The notes: generated by a model not told the origin, from the letters alone. A DNA stretch of 64,000 nucleotides from an uncultured Verrucomicrobiota bacterium (GCA_902580225.1 CACHJU010000002.1:28500-92499), one strand, 5' to 3'. Shown: positions 31,418 through 41,774, counted from the stretch's first letter. Numbers and translations: made by a program.

Positions 31418-32894
31418 TTTTATTAAAGCTAGCTCTCCACTAATCTTAATTCTGGTAACTTTCTCGGCTTCAGTTCTTTACCTTCAGAATTTGAAGGCTC
31501 CATGGGTAGATGAGTGCTACACATTCTATGGCGTTTGGCATGAAACATTGAGTGATTTCTTTACTTCTATGCTTACTGGGATTAATTTTTCTCCTCCACT
31601 CTACTTTATACTCAACTTTGTCCTTCAACTTTTCTCCCCAACATCTATTGAATTACTTCGTCTGCAAAGTCTCATTTGGGCTTTGATCGGTATCATTATA
31701 TGTTTCATATTCTCACGAAAATCATTCGGTTTGCTCCCATCATTAGTGGGCACGCTCTTAGTAAGTTCTCATTCTAATTTGTTGCTCACTCAATCACAGG
31801 AAGCTCGCCAATATACCATGTTTTTTGCCTGTGGAGCTTGGGTACTACTTATGCAATCAATCGGAGACAAGCAGTCGAAAAAGCGGATTGCCTTAACCTT
31901 TCTTGCTCATTTAAGCCTCTGCCAAGTACATTATCTAGGCATTATCTTCTCGGCCTTGGTCGGAGTGGCTTGCGTTTGTAGTAATAAAAAAAAGTTTATT
32001 CTTAGCAGAATACCCTTAAGTATATACTTTTCATGGCTACTATCTGTTCCTCTTTATCTGTATTTTTTAAGTAATCAACAATCATTACTTAACACATGGC
32101 CTAAACCCAATCGTTTTACTGACTTAATAACTGTTTATCAAAGTGGGATATTTATCCTTTTTTCCATCATCCCAATTCTTGCAATCGCATGTTTTACTCA
32201 AAGCCCAGCAACGAGTGATTCATTTAAAAAAAACTGCCATAACGGTGTACTGCTTACTTCAATCTTTTGGTATTTGGTACCCTTTCTTATTTGGGCCATT
32301 TCTCATCTTTTTCCCATCAATATATTCAAAGATCGCTACTTCATTCCCAAAGATGCTGGTCTAATTTTCATAGTCTGTTTTGCTTCTAACAAAATAGTTT
32401 CAAGGGTCAGCGAAATTGATTTAAAGAGTAAAGTAGTTGCAAGGGCTCCTATCTTGGCTGTTTTAGCACTTTGCTTAACTTTACTATTCTTACATCACAG
32501 AAGGAGCTGTTTTTCATACGAAAAAGATAGAAATTTCTACCATTGGCTCTTAGCAAGTGAGGAGCTGATTCATGCTGGTGTCCCCTTAGTATTCTGCGGA
32601 GATCCAGTGTTTTTTCCAAATGCATACACCAATCCAGATACATCACACTTCTGGGTTAATAATGACAATTTACATACTATCTACTCTCAATATTCCTCTG
32701 AATTGAAACTGGTAAATGCAAGTAGTTTGAATGATTTTGAATCGTTCATTCTTGTTGGAGGTAAAAAGGATTTTCTCCATTTTCAGTCTACCTTTTTTAA
32801 TTCAAAAGACTTAGGGAAATTAAACGAAAACCTTACTTTTCATTGTACCCTTTTTGAAAAAAAGAAAGACCTGAAACTGCCTCTTCCTGGATGA
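31413..32894 (+). CDS. Polytopic GT-C (PMT/ArnT-like) glycosyltransferase
   Basis: TM helix then PWVDE, PPLYF, ELLRL.S, QEARQY, HYLG, RYF; many TM helices. The first TM is only included with an ATT start at 31413 or 31422. Confidence 0.78.
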   Translation: MNFIKASSPLILILVTFSASVLYLQNLKAPWVDECYTFYGVWHETLSDFFTSMLTGINFSPPLYFILNFVLQLFSPTSIELLRLQSLIWALIGIIICFIFSRKSFGLLPSLVGTLLVSSHSNLLLTQSQEARQYTMFFACGAWVLLMQSIGDKQSKKRIALTFLAHLSLCQVHYLGIIFSALVGVACVCSNKKKFILSRIPLSIYFSWLLSVPLYLYFLSNQQSLLNTWPKPNRFTDLITVYQSGIFILFSIIPILAIACFTQSPATSDSFKKNCHNGVLLTSIFWYLVPFLIWAISHLFPINIFKDRYFIPKDAGLIFIVCFASNKIVSRVSEIDLKSKVVARAPILAVLALCLTLLFLHHRRSCFSYEKDRNFYHWLLASEELIHAGVPLVFCGDPVFFPNAYTNPDTSHFWVNNDNLHTIYSQYSSELKLVNASSLNDFESFILVGGKKDFLHFQSTFFNSKDLGKLNENLTFHCTLFEKKKDLKLPLPG

Positions 32895-34108
32895 TTTTTT
32901 TAAACCTTCGATCTCTTCTCAAACCTTTGCTCTTATGGTTCATTGTAATCGTGATTTTGTGCGAAGTCTTGCTTCATTACAAACTAAAGGACTTGCCCTA
33001 TAAATTTCTCAATCATACAACCGGGCTAATTCACAAACTCGGGCAATATTCAAAAAAAGAAGTCATCCCAAAAAATTACTTGGCTATTGTTGGCGATAGT
33101 AATGTTTACGGATTTGGTCCATGGTTGTACGACAACTCATGGAGTATGGGACAACCAAGCTTTGCCACTCACCATCTCTTACATTCAGCTTTGGCCCAGG
33201 ATGTTGTTTCATTCGGTTATCCTGGGTATGGCTCTTTTGGATCGTCTATACATATGGTTGGAGAGCTCAGAACACTACAACGCTCTTGGATGTGGTCAAA
33301 AATTGAAGATCCGCAAGAAATTCTTTTTGTTTTTTATGAGGGTAACGATTTAATCAATAACCTACATGAAATTCAACAACGCGGTCTTGATTTGAATGCT
33401 TCTATAGATTTGCATTACACCAACAAACTTAAGGAGATTTTTACGAAAGCAGCAAACAAGCTTTCGGAAGAAACCTCCTGGACAGATCACATAGCAAGTT
33501 GGAATCTTTTTTCAGGTTTAACCAAGAATTATTGGAAAAAGTTTTTCCCAGAAAACAAGAAGTATTTTGACAGGGACCTAGACACTAGCGAGAAGGGTAT
33601 GAGCTCACTCAATAAAATTCAAAATTCTGCCTCTAACCTTGCCATTATTAATGGAAAAGAAAAAGAATTGGGTTATAGTGAAGGCCCAGCTCTTCTTTTA
33701 AGCGACAAAGAGATCAATCTCTCCTTAAAAATTACTGAACAATCTCTGTCTTACCTGAAAAGTAATTTTACTAAGTCTAAAATTAGCGTAGTCTACCTAC
33801 CGTCATCCCTTTCCATTTATAGGTTTGCTGATTGCGAAATCTCCCCTGCTCCATTGGACATATGGGGAAACAAAAGGAATGGTTTATTTAAACCCTCTGA
33901 AGCTAAAGAAAAGAATCGTTTAATTCGGAAAAATCTAAGCAAGATGACCAGTAACTTAGGTTTTGCTTTTATTGATTGTACGGAATACCTCCAACAACAG
34001 TCTAACTCACACCTGCTTCATGGTCCGAGGGACCCCATCCATCTTAATCGCCAAGGCTACGAATCATTTGCACATGCAATTTATTCTTATCTTAATTCCA
34101 AATCATGA
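32891..34108 (+). CDS. Membrane-anchored SGNH/GDSL hydrolase-fold protein (AlgJ/DltD-like)
   Basis: N-terminal TM, IVGDS, FGYPGYG, FYEGND, DPIH. Confidence 0.8.
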   Translation: MIFLNLRSLLKPLLLWFIVIVILCEVLLHYKLKDLPYKFLNHTTGLIHKLGQYSKKEVIPKNYLAIVGDSNVYGFGPWLYDNSWSMGQPSFATHHLLHSALAQDVVSFGYPGYGSFGSSIHMVGELRTLQRSWMWSKIEDPQEILFVFYEGNDLINNLHEIQQRGLDLNASIDLHYTNKLKEIFTKAANKLSEETSWTDHIASWNLFSGLTKNYWKKFFPENKKYFDRDLDTSEKGMSSLNKIQNSASNLAIINGKEKELGYSEGPALLLSDKEINLSLKITEQSLSYLKSNFTKSKISVVYLPSSLSIYRFADCEISPAPLDIWGNKRNGLFKPSEAKEKNRLIRKNLSKMTSNLGFAFIDCTEYLQQQSNSHLLHGPRDPIHLNRQGYESFAHAIYSYLNSKS

Positions 34109-34146
34109 TTCTTGGCATATCCTCTTACTATCACCATGATAGTTGA
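34105..34146 (+). pseudogene. Truncated N-terminal stub of a second carbamoyltransferase
   Basis: ATG overlapping the SGNH stop (ATGA) encodes MILGISSYYHHDS*, compared with MKTLGISAFYHDS of the intact gene at 607. Confidence 0.75.
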
Positions 34147-34308
34147 AGCGAAAAAGTGCGTTTTCTTCTAGAAAATAAAAAAGTTACTTCCACGCAAATA
34201 GAAGAAAATCATTTTAAATTATACTCAAAACTTTTAATTGTTTTAATTCTTTGTCAATGATAACTAATAGCAAAACGAAAGAATTAACCTCTTGAAAAAG
34301 AACTCGCA

Positions 34309-34998
34309 ATGCCAAGTACAGCATTAATTCTATGCGGAGGGCTTGGTACTCGTCTTAATTCCGTATCAAATGGCTATCCAAAATGTTTAATGAATGTCAA
34401 CGGTCGCCCTTTCTTATCATATTTATTAGAGCTTCTAAATTCTAATAATTTTCAAGATATAGTACTGTGTACTGGCTACAATCATGATCAGGTTCAAAAC
34501 AAAATAGGTTTTGAATATAAAGATTGTTCAATAAGATACTCTAGAGAAACTTCTCCGCTTGGTACAGGAGGTGCAATTGTTCAAGCATCCCAAAAATTAG
34601 AAAGTGAATGGTTCATGGTTATGAATGGAGACTCCTATTGTTCTTTTGACCTCAATGCTCAATCTCTGCTCAACATTCAAAAATCTTTGATTTTTGTACA
34701 TAAAGTTAATGATGTTTCAAGATTTGGAACCGTCAAATTTGATAAACAGAACAATGTTCTTTCCTTTCAAGAGAAAAACGCAAAGTCAAATCCTGGATAT
34801 ATTAACGCAGGGATTTATTGGCTTCATCGTTCTTCTATCGATTCATTAAGTAAAAATACTTTTATTTCGATGGAAAAAGAAGTTCTTCCATCGCTTCTAG
34901 GTAAGTTACAGGTTGTACAGTGTGATAAGGGATTTATTGATATTGGTACTCCAATCTCATACGCAAGAGCAGATAATTTTTTCAATGCTCAACCTTGA
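34309..34998 (+). CDS. hddC: D-glycero-alpha-D-manno-heptose 1-phosphate guanylyltransferase (nucleotidyltransferase)
   Basis: ILCGGLGTRL, PK...VNGRPFL, E..PLGTGGA, MNGDSY, INAGIY, FIDIGTP; same cassette as hddA. Confidence 0.82.
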   Translation: MPSTALILCGGLGTRLNSVSNGYPKCLMNVNGRPFLSYLLELLNSNNFQDIVLCTGYNHDQVQNKIGFEYKDCSIRYSRETSPLGTGGAIVQASQKLESEWFMVMNGDSYCSFDLNAQSLLNIQKSLIFVHKVNDVSRFGTVKFDKQNNVLSFQEKNAKSNPGYINAGIYWLHRSSIDSLSKNTFISMEKEVLPSLLGKLQVVQCDKGFIDIGTPISYARADNFFNAQP

Positions 34999-35099
34999 CG
35001 CGACACTTAATTTAAATCTATTGCAGTTAATTACTTTATTTTCAATGGCACAGGATAGATTTAGTTGTTAATAAAGAAATGATTTTACGGATTACCACA

Positions 35100-35127
35100 T
35101 TGACAATTATTTTAAATCTTTGAGATT
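35100..35127 (+). promoter_or_regulatory. Possible sigma70-type promoter upstream of the dehydratase operon
   Basis: Perfect TTGACA at 35100-35105, but only a weak -10 (GAGATT at 16 bp spacing), about 30 bp before the GTG start. Confidence 0.25.
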
Positions 35128-35156
35128 AAACGCTATATTCATAATTCAATAACGCG

Positions 35157-36167
35157 GTGAATGTTTTAATTACAGGAATTACAGGTATGGTAGGGTCACA
35201 TTTGGCCGACTTTATTTTAGAAAATACTGACTGGGACATTTTCGGTATGTGCAGGTGGCGCAGTCCACTTGATAACATCAATCATTTACTTGATCGGGTA
35301 AATTGCAAAGACCGAGTCTATTTAATAGATGGAGACCTCTGTGATATCTTATCGCTACAACGAGCAATTGAGGTCAGTAAACCTGACTATGTATTTCACC
35401 TAGCTGCACAAAGTTATCCTACTACAAGCTTTTCCTCACCGATTCATACTCTTGATGTTAATATTCTAGGAACTGCCAGATTACTCGAAGCCTTGAGGCA
35501 CTGCGATGGGATTGATCCAATAATTCATGTTTGTGCGTCGTCTGAAGTCTTTGGAAGAGTCCCGAAAGAAAAATTACCTATCGCAGAAAATTGTCCTTTT
35601 CACCCTGCATCACCCTATGCCATATCAAAGTCAGGCACCGACCTATTAGGGCGTTTTCATGCAGAAGCCTATGGCCAAAAGGTAATGACTACACGGATGT
35701 TTACGCACACTGGTCCTCGCAGGGGTGATGTATTTGCTGAGTCAACCTTTGCGAAACAGATTGCAATGATCGAAGCCAATCTTATTCCGCCCATTGTAAA
35801 AACTGGAAACCTCAACTCATTGCGAACGTGGGCCGATGTTCGAGATGCAGTCCGAGCCTATTACATGCTTGTTACGATCAACCCTACTCCAGGTGAGTTC
35901 TACAACATTGGAGGTACACATACCCAAACGATCGAGGAGATGTTAGATTTTTTAATTTCTCTCTCTACTCGCTCAAAAGAAATCAAAATTGAAACCGACC
36001 CCGAAAGGATTCGCCCATTAGATGCAGATGCTCAAATCCCTGACACATCTAAGTTCTATAAACATACGGGCTGGAAACCTCAAATCCCATTCGAGCAAAC
36101 AATGACCGACCTGCTAGAATACTGGCGATCACACATAAAGAAAAATGGTGCTGTTCTTGTACGCTAA
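35157..36167 (+). CDS. gmd: GDP-mannose 4,6-dehydratase family, likely GDP-heptose 4,6-dehydratase (DmhA-like)
   Basis: ITGITGMVGSHL, CRWR, HLAAQSY, SSEVFG, SPYAISK, RMFTHTGPRRGDVF, DVRDAVRAY, RIRP.D. Confidence 0.85.
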   Translation: MNVLITGITGMVGSHLADFILENTDWDIFGMCRWRSPLDNINHLLDRVNCKDRVYLIDGDLCDILSLQRAIEVSKPDYVFHLAAQSYPTTSFSSPIHTLDVNILGTARLLEALRHCDGIDPIIHVCASSEVFGRVPKEKLPIAENCPFHPASPYAISKSGTDLLGRFHAEAYGQKVMTTRMFTHTGPRRGDVFAESTFAKQIAMIEANLIPPIVKTGNLNSLRTWADVRDAVRAYYMLVTINPTPGEFYNIGGTHTQTIEEMLDFLISLSTRSKEIKIETDPERIRPLDADAQIPDTSKFYKHTGWKPQIPFEQTMTDLLEYWRSHIKKNGAVLVR

Positions 36168-36733
36168 TGCCCCCTCAATATAAAATCTCTTCGTGTCACA
36201 AATTCTTTCAAAAATGGAAGCAAAGTTCTAAAAGTTTTTATAAAACTAATTGGTTTTCTATTCTAGTTAATAAAGATTATCATATTCTTGAATATTCGAC
36301 TCAACAGGTGGTTGTACTTCCAATTGTTGAGAAAATTAATGTTCTTCTTGTAAAAGTCAAAAGACCGGTAATCGGTTGTTCGACATGGGAATTACCTGCT
36401 GGGGGACTCGAAAAAGATGAAGAAACGGAATCTGGAGCATTACGAGAATTTAAAGAAGAAACGGGTATTTCAGTTAAAGATAAGTCAAGATTGTGTCCAA
36501 TGAATCCTTTAGTCGTTTCACCTACTCGAATGCCGATGTTTCCAAATATGTTCTCGATAAACTTAAACTATCAAGAATTTGAAAATCGTTCACCTCACGA
36601 TGATGAAATTGAAGCCGTTCAAATCTTCAGCTTTGAAAAGATCCAAAAAATGATTTTGGAAGAAGAAATTTTTGTAATGTTACCTTTGGCTATTTTATCT
36701 AGATTTCTACTATCTAAAAGATCGTTAACATGA
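36167..36733 (+). CDS. NUDIX hydrolase (probable NDP-sugar hydrolase)
   Basis: Nudix box WELPAGGLEKDEETESGALREFKEETG. Confidence 0.9.
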   Translation: MPPQYKISSCHKFFQKWKQSSKSFYKTNWFSILVNKDYHILEYSTQQVVVLPIVEKINVLLVKVKRPVIGCSTWELPAGGLEKDEETESGALREFKEETGISVKDKSRLCPMNPLVVSPTRMPMFPNMFSINLNYQEFENRSPHDDEIEAVQIFSFEKIQKMILEEEIFVMLPLAILSRFLLSKRSLT

Positions 36734-37692
36734 AATGCTTTTTAGCAGGAGGATCTGGAATGCTAGGGAGAGCAATTCTTCGACTCAACGAAAAATCATC
36801 ATCGCCGCTTTTGATTAGAGCGTGCTCACACACTCAGAAATGGACCGTAAAAGCCTCCAGAACAACGGAGTACATCCAATCTGATCTATCCGAAACAGAT
36901 GATTCTTCAATATTTAACGATTGTAACATTTTGATCATGAGTGCTGCGATCACAGGTGGCATAAAGATGAATTCCGAAAGACCGGAGGATCAAATAAATG
37001 GAAACCTTAAGTTGATGGCTAATATATTTAGTCTCCTTCCAACATCCAAAATTAAGAAAATTATCTTCATAAGTTCAGCTACTGTTTATCAAGATTCAGT
37101 AACTGTGCTTTCGGAAGATGAACTAGATCTCAACTTACCTCCTCCAGTATCAATCTTTGGAGTTGGGTGGACCTTTAGGTATTTTGAAAAACTTCTTCAA
37201 TTTTGGGGCAACAAATTGAATTTGGAGGTAATTATTCTGAGAGCAGGAAATATCTTCGGTCCATTTGATAAGTTTCACCCCAACAGATCGAATTTCATCC
37301 CTGCCCTTATCTCAAAAGGTATTAAAAAAATAGATCCTTTTGAAATTTTTGGTCCTCGAGACACTACTCGTGATCTAATTTATTGCGATGACCTTGCATC
37401 GCTTGTTATAAAATGCACATATAAAGACCATTCATCCTTAAGTATTTATAACGCGAGTTGGGGAGTCCCAATAACAATTCAGAATGCGTTGGATAAAATC
37501 CTAATTTTATCAGAACATGCACCTGAAAAAATCAATTGGCTAAAATCAGCATTTCCCGCAACTCACAAAAGACTCCTTAATTGCAGTAAAGTTAAATCCT
37601 CACTTGATTGGAAACCAAATTTTACATTTGATGACGCGTTAAGAATAACAATTGATTGGTGGAAAAAAAACCAGCTAACATGGACAAAATAA
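36730..37692 (+). CDS. GDP-L-fucose synthase-like SDR (degenerate catalytic motif)
   Basis: AGGSGMLG, AAITGGI..N, SSATVY, NIFGPFD.F, FIPALI, RDLIY.DD. Confidence 0.78.
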   Translation: MKCFLAGGSGMLGRAILRLNEKSSSPLLIRACSHTQKWTVKASRTTEYIQSDLSETDDSSIFNDCNILIMSAAITGGIKMNSERPEDQINGNLKLMANIFSLLPTSKIKKIIFISSATVYQDSVTVLSEDELDLNLPPPVSIFGVGWTFRYFEKLLQFWGNKLNLEVIILRAGNIFGPFDKFHPNRSNFIPALISKGIKKIDPFEIFGPRDTTRDLIYCDDLASLVIKCTYKDHSSLSIYNASWGVPITIQNALDKILILSEHAPEKINWLKSAFPATHKRLLNCSKVKSSLDWKPNFTFDDALRITIDWWKKNQLTWTK

Positions 37693-38447
37693 AAACAAAA
37701 TCTCATGGTGCCATCGTTCTTTCGAGCGATTCCGAAAAAGACGCTAACGCTCAATTCTCTGAGATGCTCCTAAATTCACCTATACCATCAGATGAAATTA
37801 TTGCTAATTTAGGCACATATTTAACTTCCAAAACACTTTCTAGAATTTTATTTTTTCATGAATTGTACAAAAAAATCCTCACTCTTCACGGAGTGGTCAT
37901 GGAATTTGGAGTGAGGTGGGGACAAACCCTTTCCTTGTTGTCAGCCTTACGCGGAATTTATGAACCCTTCAACCGTCACCGAAAAATTGTAGGATTTGAC
38001 ACCTTTGAGGGGTTCGTCGGAATGAGCGAAGAAGATGGAGAAAAATGTAAATGCGTCGACGGATCTTTTAGTGTCAGTAAGTCATACGAAAAACACTTAG
38101 AAGAAGTTCTCAGTTTACAGGAAGCTCTAAATCCAATGTCTCACATCCAAAGGTTTGAACTTGTTAAAGGAAATGCCGAAACTACCATTCCGAAATACTT
38201 TTCAGATAATCCTGAGTCCATAGTTTCCATGGCTATTCTTGACTTCGATATTTATCGCCCTACAAAAGTCGCTCTTGAATGTCTAAAGGACCGTATGCCC
38301 AAAGGTTCCATTCTTGTCTTTGACGAACTTTGCGATCCTTACTTTCCAGGTGAAACATTGGCAGTTGATGAAGTTTTCGGTTTAAATAATCTTAAGATCG
38401 AAAGACTTCCCACAACTGCCCGAATTTCATATGCCATTCTCGATTAG
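37680..38447 (+). CDS. TylF/MycF-family O-methyltransferase
   Basis: HGVVMEFGVRWG, GFDTFEGF, LVKG, LDFDIY.PT, KGSILVFDE, FPGET.A. Probable start ATG 37680. Confidence 0.85.
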   Translation: MDKIKTKSHGAIVLSSDSEKDANAQFSEMLLNSPIPSDEIIANLGTYLTSKTLSRILFFHELYKKILTLHGVVMEFGVRWGQTLSLLSALRGIYEPFNRHRKIVGFDTFEGFVGMSEEDGEKCKCVDGSFSVSKSYEKHLEEVLSLQEALNPMSHIQRFELVKGNAETTIPKYFSDNPESIVSMAILDFDIYRPTKVALECLKDRMPKGSILVFDELCDPYFPGETLAVDEVFGLNNLKIERLPTTARISYAILD

Positions 38448-38455
38448 TATTCTCC

Positions 38456-39238
38456 ATGGTCTCTTTAGCAAGTCCTAGGTCAGTTAGAAAAAACATTTTA
38501 GAATCCTCCCATAAAAGTGGACATGGGCACATCCCTACTTCATTTTCAATCATTGAAATGGTTCTGGCTACTTATGGAATAATGAATCATAATCCAAATG
38601 AACCTAAAGATCCAGACCGTGACATCTTTATTTTAAGTAAGGGGCACGCAGCACTTGGCTATTACTGTTGTCTAGCAGAACTTGGATACTTTGATCCTAA
38701 AATTGTTCATTCCTTTGGTGGTGCTGGTACAATTTTCGGATGCCACCCAGATCGTGTCAAGCAACCGTGGGTTGAAGTATCCTGCGGTTCACTCGGTCAT
38801 GGTATAGGCGTTGGGACTGGAATTGCATTAGCCCAAAAGATTAATAATACCAATCGCCAAGTTTATTGTCTTATTGGGGACGGAGAATCAAACGAGGGAA
38901 CGGTTTGGGAAGCAGTAATGGTCGCGGTCGGTCAAAAACTAGATAATCTGACAATCCTTTACGACAACAACCAGTCACAATCAAGATGCCTACAAATTAG
39001 AAAACCCGCAGAAATTTTTTCAGCTTTTGGTTGCGAAGTTCACGAGGTTAATGGAAACGATATAGATGAGTTGCAGAAAGTCTTATCTTTGCCAGTTAAT
39101 GGAAGACCTAAATGCATTGTGGCCAATACCATTAAAGGCTATGGGTGTAGAACCTTAGTTAATGATGTTTTTGCTTGGCATCGCAGATCTCCAAATGAGC
39201 AGGAATTAAATCAATTATTAGAAGAACTTGATGCGTAA
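38456..39238 (+). CDS. Transketolase, N-terminal (ThDP-binding) subunit
   Basis: GH, RDIFILSKGH, GSLGHG, GDGESNEGTVWEA..DNN, TIKGYG, WH. Confidence 0.92.
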   Translation: MVSLASPRSVRKNILESSHKSGHGHIPTSFSIIEMVLATYGIMNHNPNEPKDPDRDIFILSKGHAALGYYCCLAELGYFDPKIVHSFGGAGTIFGCHPDRVKQPWVEVSCGSLGHGIGVGTGIALAQKINNTNRQVYCLIGDGESNEGTVWEAVMVAVGQKLDNLTILYDNNQSQSRCLQIRKPAEIFSAFGCEVHEVNGNDIDELQKVLSLPVNGRPKCIVANTIKGYGCRTLVNDVFAWHRRSPNEQELNQLLEELDA

Positions 39239-40091
39239 TCAATTCAAAGACACTTTACTCAAACTCGCAGAAGATGAGCCTCGGTTTGCTTTGCTCTTTG
39301 GGGACATTAGCGTGTTTCTTTTTCGAGAATTTCAAGCTAAATATCCAAATCGGTTTTACAATTTGGGAATCTGCGAAGCAACCTTGATCAGTGTTGCCGC
39401 CGGCTTGAGCTCTCAGGGCTTTATTCCAATAGTGCACTCTATTGCCCCATTTGTCACGGAAAGAGCTATGGAACAAATTAAGCTCGATCTCGTTTATAAT
39501 GAATTACCAGCTAAAATCGTCAGTTGTGGTGCCACTTTTGACTACGCTTGGGATGGAACAACCCACCATGCTTGGACGGATACCGGTTGGATGAGAATGT
39601 TGCCTAATTTTGAAATTTGCCAACCTGGTTCCAAAAAAGAAACTGACCAATTATTATGCCATTATCTATTTTCCAGTAGTTCTTCTTACATCCGGCTTTC
39701 TGACAACCCCCATGGAGAAGACATAAATGACATCACCCCAGGAAAAGGTATTATCCTGCAGGATCAAGCGGCTGACCTCACTGTGGTAACTGCTGGACCA
39801 ATTTTGAAAAATGTCAGGGCTGCACTCGATGGGATATCTGCTAATTTAATTTATTACAATGTATTAAAGCCATTTGATTCTGAACCTTTGCAAAAGTTTA
39901 AAAATACAAAGATAAAAGTAGTACATGATGCTTTCGGACTTTTTGAGGCAGTTTGCGAAAACATTGATGCTCCAGTTAAAAAACTTGGACTACCCGACCG
40001 TTTCTGTTGTAGTTATGGTACCATTGACGATGTTCGAAAACTCGCAGGGCTTGATGTTGAATCCATACGTGCTTTTTTTCTTAAAGAATAA
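39231..40091 (+). CDS. Transketolase, C-terminal subunit
   Basis: MRNQF, YPNRFYNLGICEA, ERAMEQIK, GTTHH, YIRL. Confidence 0.9.
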   Translation: MRNQFKDTLLKLAEDEPRFALLFGDISVFLFREFQAKYPNRFYNLGICEATLISVAAGLSSQGFIPIVHSIAPFVTERAMEQIKLDLVYNELPAKIVSCGATFDYAWDGTTHHAWTDTGWMRMLPNFEICQPGSKKETDQLLCHYLFSSSSSYIRLSDNPHGEDINDITPGKGIILQDQAADLTVVTAGPILKNVRAALDGISANLIYYNVLKPFDSEPLQKFKNTKIKVVHDAFGLFEAVCENIDAPVKKLGLPDRFCCSYGTIDDVRKLAGLDVESIRAFFLKE

Positions 40092-40098
40092 TGTTATT

Positions 40099-41055
40099 AT
40101 GAGTTTTTATGAGGGACAAAAAGTATTGGTAACTGGCGGTACTGGTTTTGTTGGCAGTTGGTTTGTCGATTCGTTACTCAGCAAAGGAGCTTTTGTGCGG
40201 ACGACAACTCACATTCGCAAACCGCACCGCACTCATGAAAAGCTGGATGGCTTCCAAGCGAACCTAACCATTCAAGAGGAAGCAAATCGAGCTTGCGAAG
40301 GTATTGATTTTGTTTTTCACGCTGCGGGTGCAGTATCTGCCGCAGGAGTAACCAATGCTAGTAACCCACTAAGCCCGATAACGGAAAATTTAGTTCTTAC
40401 TTCGAGGGTGCTTCAAGCAGCTTGGTCTCAAAAAGTAAAAAGGATACTTCTCTTCAGCAGCAGCACCGGATATCCCGAATTCGACCACCCAGTAAAAGAA
40501 GATGATTTTTGGAGCGGGGAGACGCATCCATCCTATTTTGGGTATGGCTGGATGCGTAGATACCTTGAGCGAATTGCTGAATTTGCATATCAGCGTTCAG
40601 ACATGGAAGTTGCCCTTTGCCGCCCAACAGCAGTGTATGGGGAAAGAGATGATTTTGATCCGGTTACCAGTCATGTCATTCCTGCACTCATTCGCAGAGC
40701 AGTAGCCAAAGAAAATCCCTTTATTGTATGGGGAGCACAAAACATAACAAGGGATTTTCTTCATATTCAAGATTTAGTGGAGGCTTGCCTTCTATTGCTT
40801 GAAAAATCTCCAACCTGCGACCCTGTAAACATAGGATACGGAAAAACAACAACCATTGCACAAATCGTTGGGTATATTCTGCAAGGTTCTGGACATGAGT
40901 CTGCTAAAGTTGAATTTGATGAATCCAAACCAACTACAATTCCATTCCGATCTGTCAATGTGGATAAAGCAAAAAGTCTCTTGAACTTTGAACCTTCCAT
41001 ATCTTTGAAAGATGGGCTGAAAAGAACCATAGATTGGTATTGTGATAATAGATGA
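40099..41055 (+). CDS. GDP-L-fucose synthase-like SDR epimerase/reductase
   Basis: VTGGTGFVG, SSSTGYP, YGWMR, VYGERDDFD...SHVIPALIR, VWG, RDFLH. Probable start ATG 40099. Confidence 0.85.
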   Translation: MSFYEGQKVLVTGGTGFVGSWFVDSLLSKGAFVRTTTHIRKPHRTHEKLDGFQANLTIQEEANRACEGIDFVFHAAGAVSAAGVTNASNPLSPITENLVLTSRVLQAAWSQKVKRILLFSSSTGYPEFDHPVKEDDFWSGETHPSYFGYGWMRRYLERIAEFAYQRSDMEVALCRPTAVYGERDDFDPVTSHVIPALIRRAVAKENPFIVWGAQNITRDFLHIQDLVEACLLLLEKSPTCDPVNIGYGKTTTIAQIVGYILQGSGHESAKVEFDESKPTTIPFRSVNVDKAKSLLNFEPSISLKDGLKRTIDWYCDNR

Positions 41056-41774
41056 ACGCTGAAGTTATCGATTCCTCTCACTATGTGCTCAAGCATATTA
41101 AGCATGCCTTTGATGCAAAAGCTCTAACCACTGCAAAAAAAAGAATATTCGATGGGTTGATTCAATGTGATCAACATCCACTCACTGAAAGGGACAAAAA
41201 TGCAATTTCTAGAGGTGAAGCTCCTGATCACCTTAGACTCAATACAAATAATTATGACCTTTGGCGTTATGCTAGCAATGAAATGACCCAATCTTTGGAA
41301 GATTTCTTGTGGGTATATTATCCTCCACAGTTTCGTAATATTCAAAGAGAAGTTCAGGAGGTTCGTTGGCATCAAGATGCTGGGTTCAACAAAGCCTTAG
41401 GGGACAAAGCTCATGCTCAAATCATGACTTGCTTCATCCCCTTAGATGAAAATCCTCAAAAGCGTGTAACCGTGCAATTTTCCGAGGAAATCCAACCTTA
41501 TCTTCAACATTCTCCAACATCTAATGGTTTTGCCGCCGGACTTGAGCAGGATTTTACAAAACTTATTCATTTTGATTTGGAATTAGGAGATGCAATTATC
41601 TTCGGTGATTTTGTTCCGCACAGGACTTTTGCTCCACAAAATTCTATTTGGGAACGATCTAGTTTCGAATTTAGATTCATTAGAAAACCTGATGCACTTG
41701 AAAAAAAAGATTATTACGACCTTGAGAGAAATATCTTTGTTCAAAAAAACGGTTCTTCTGACTTGAATGATTGA
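41052..41774 (+). CDS. PhyH-like Fe(II)/2OG dioxygenase
   Basis: WHQD, CFIPLD, GDAIIF, PHRT, RSSFEFR. Confidence 0.72.
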   Translation: MNAEVIDSSHYVLKHIKHAFDAKALTTAKKRIFDGLIQCDQHPLTERDKNAISRGEAPDHLRLNTNNYDLWRYASNEMTQSLEDFLWVYYPPQFRNIQREVQEVRWHQDAGFNKALGDKAHAQIMTCFIPLDENPQKRVTVQFSEEIQPYLQHSPTSNGFAAGLEQDFTKLIHFDLELGDAIIFGDFVPHRTFAPQNSIWERSSFEFRFIRKPDALEKKDYYDLERNIFVQKNGSSDLND

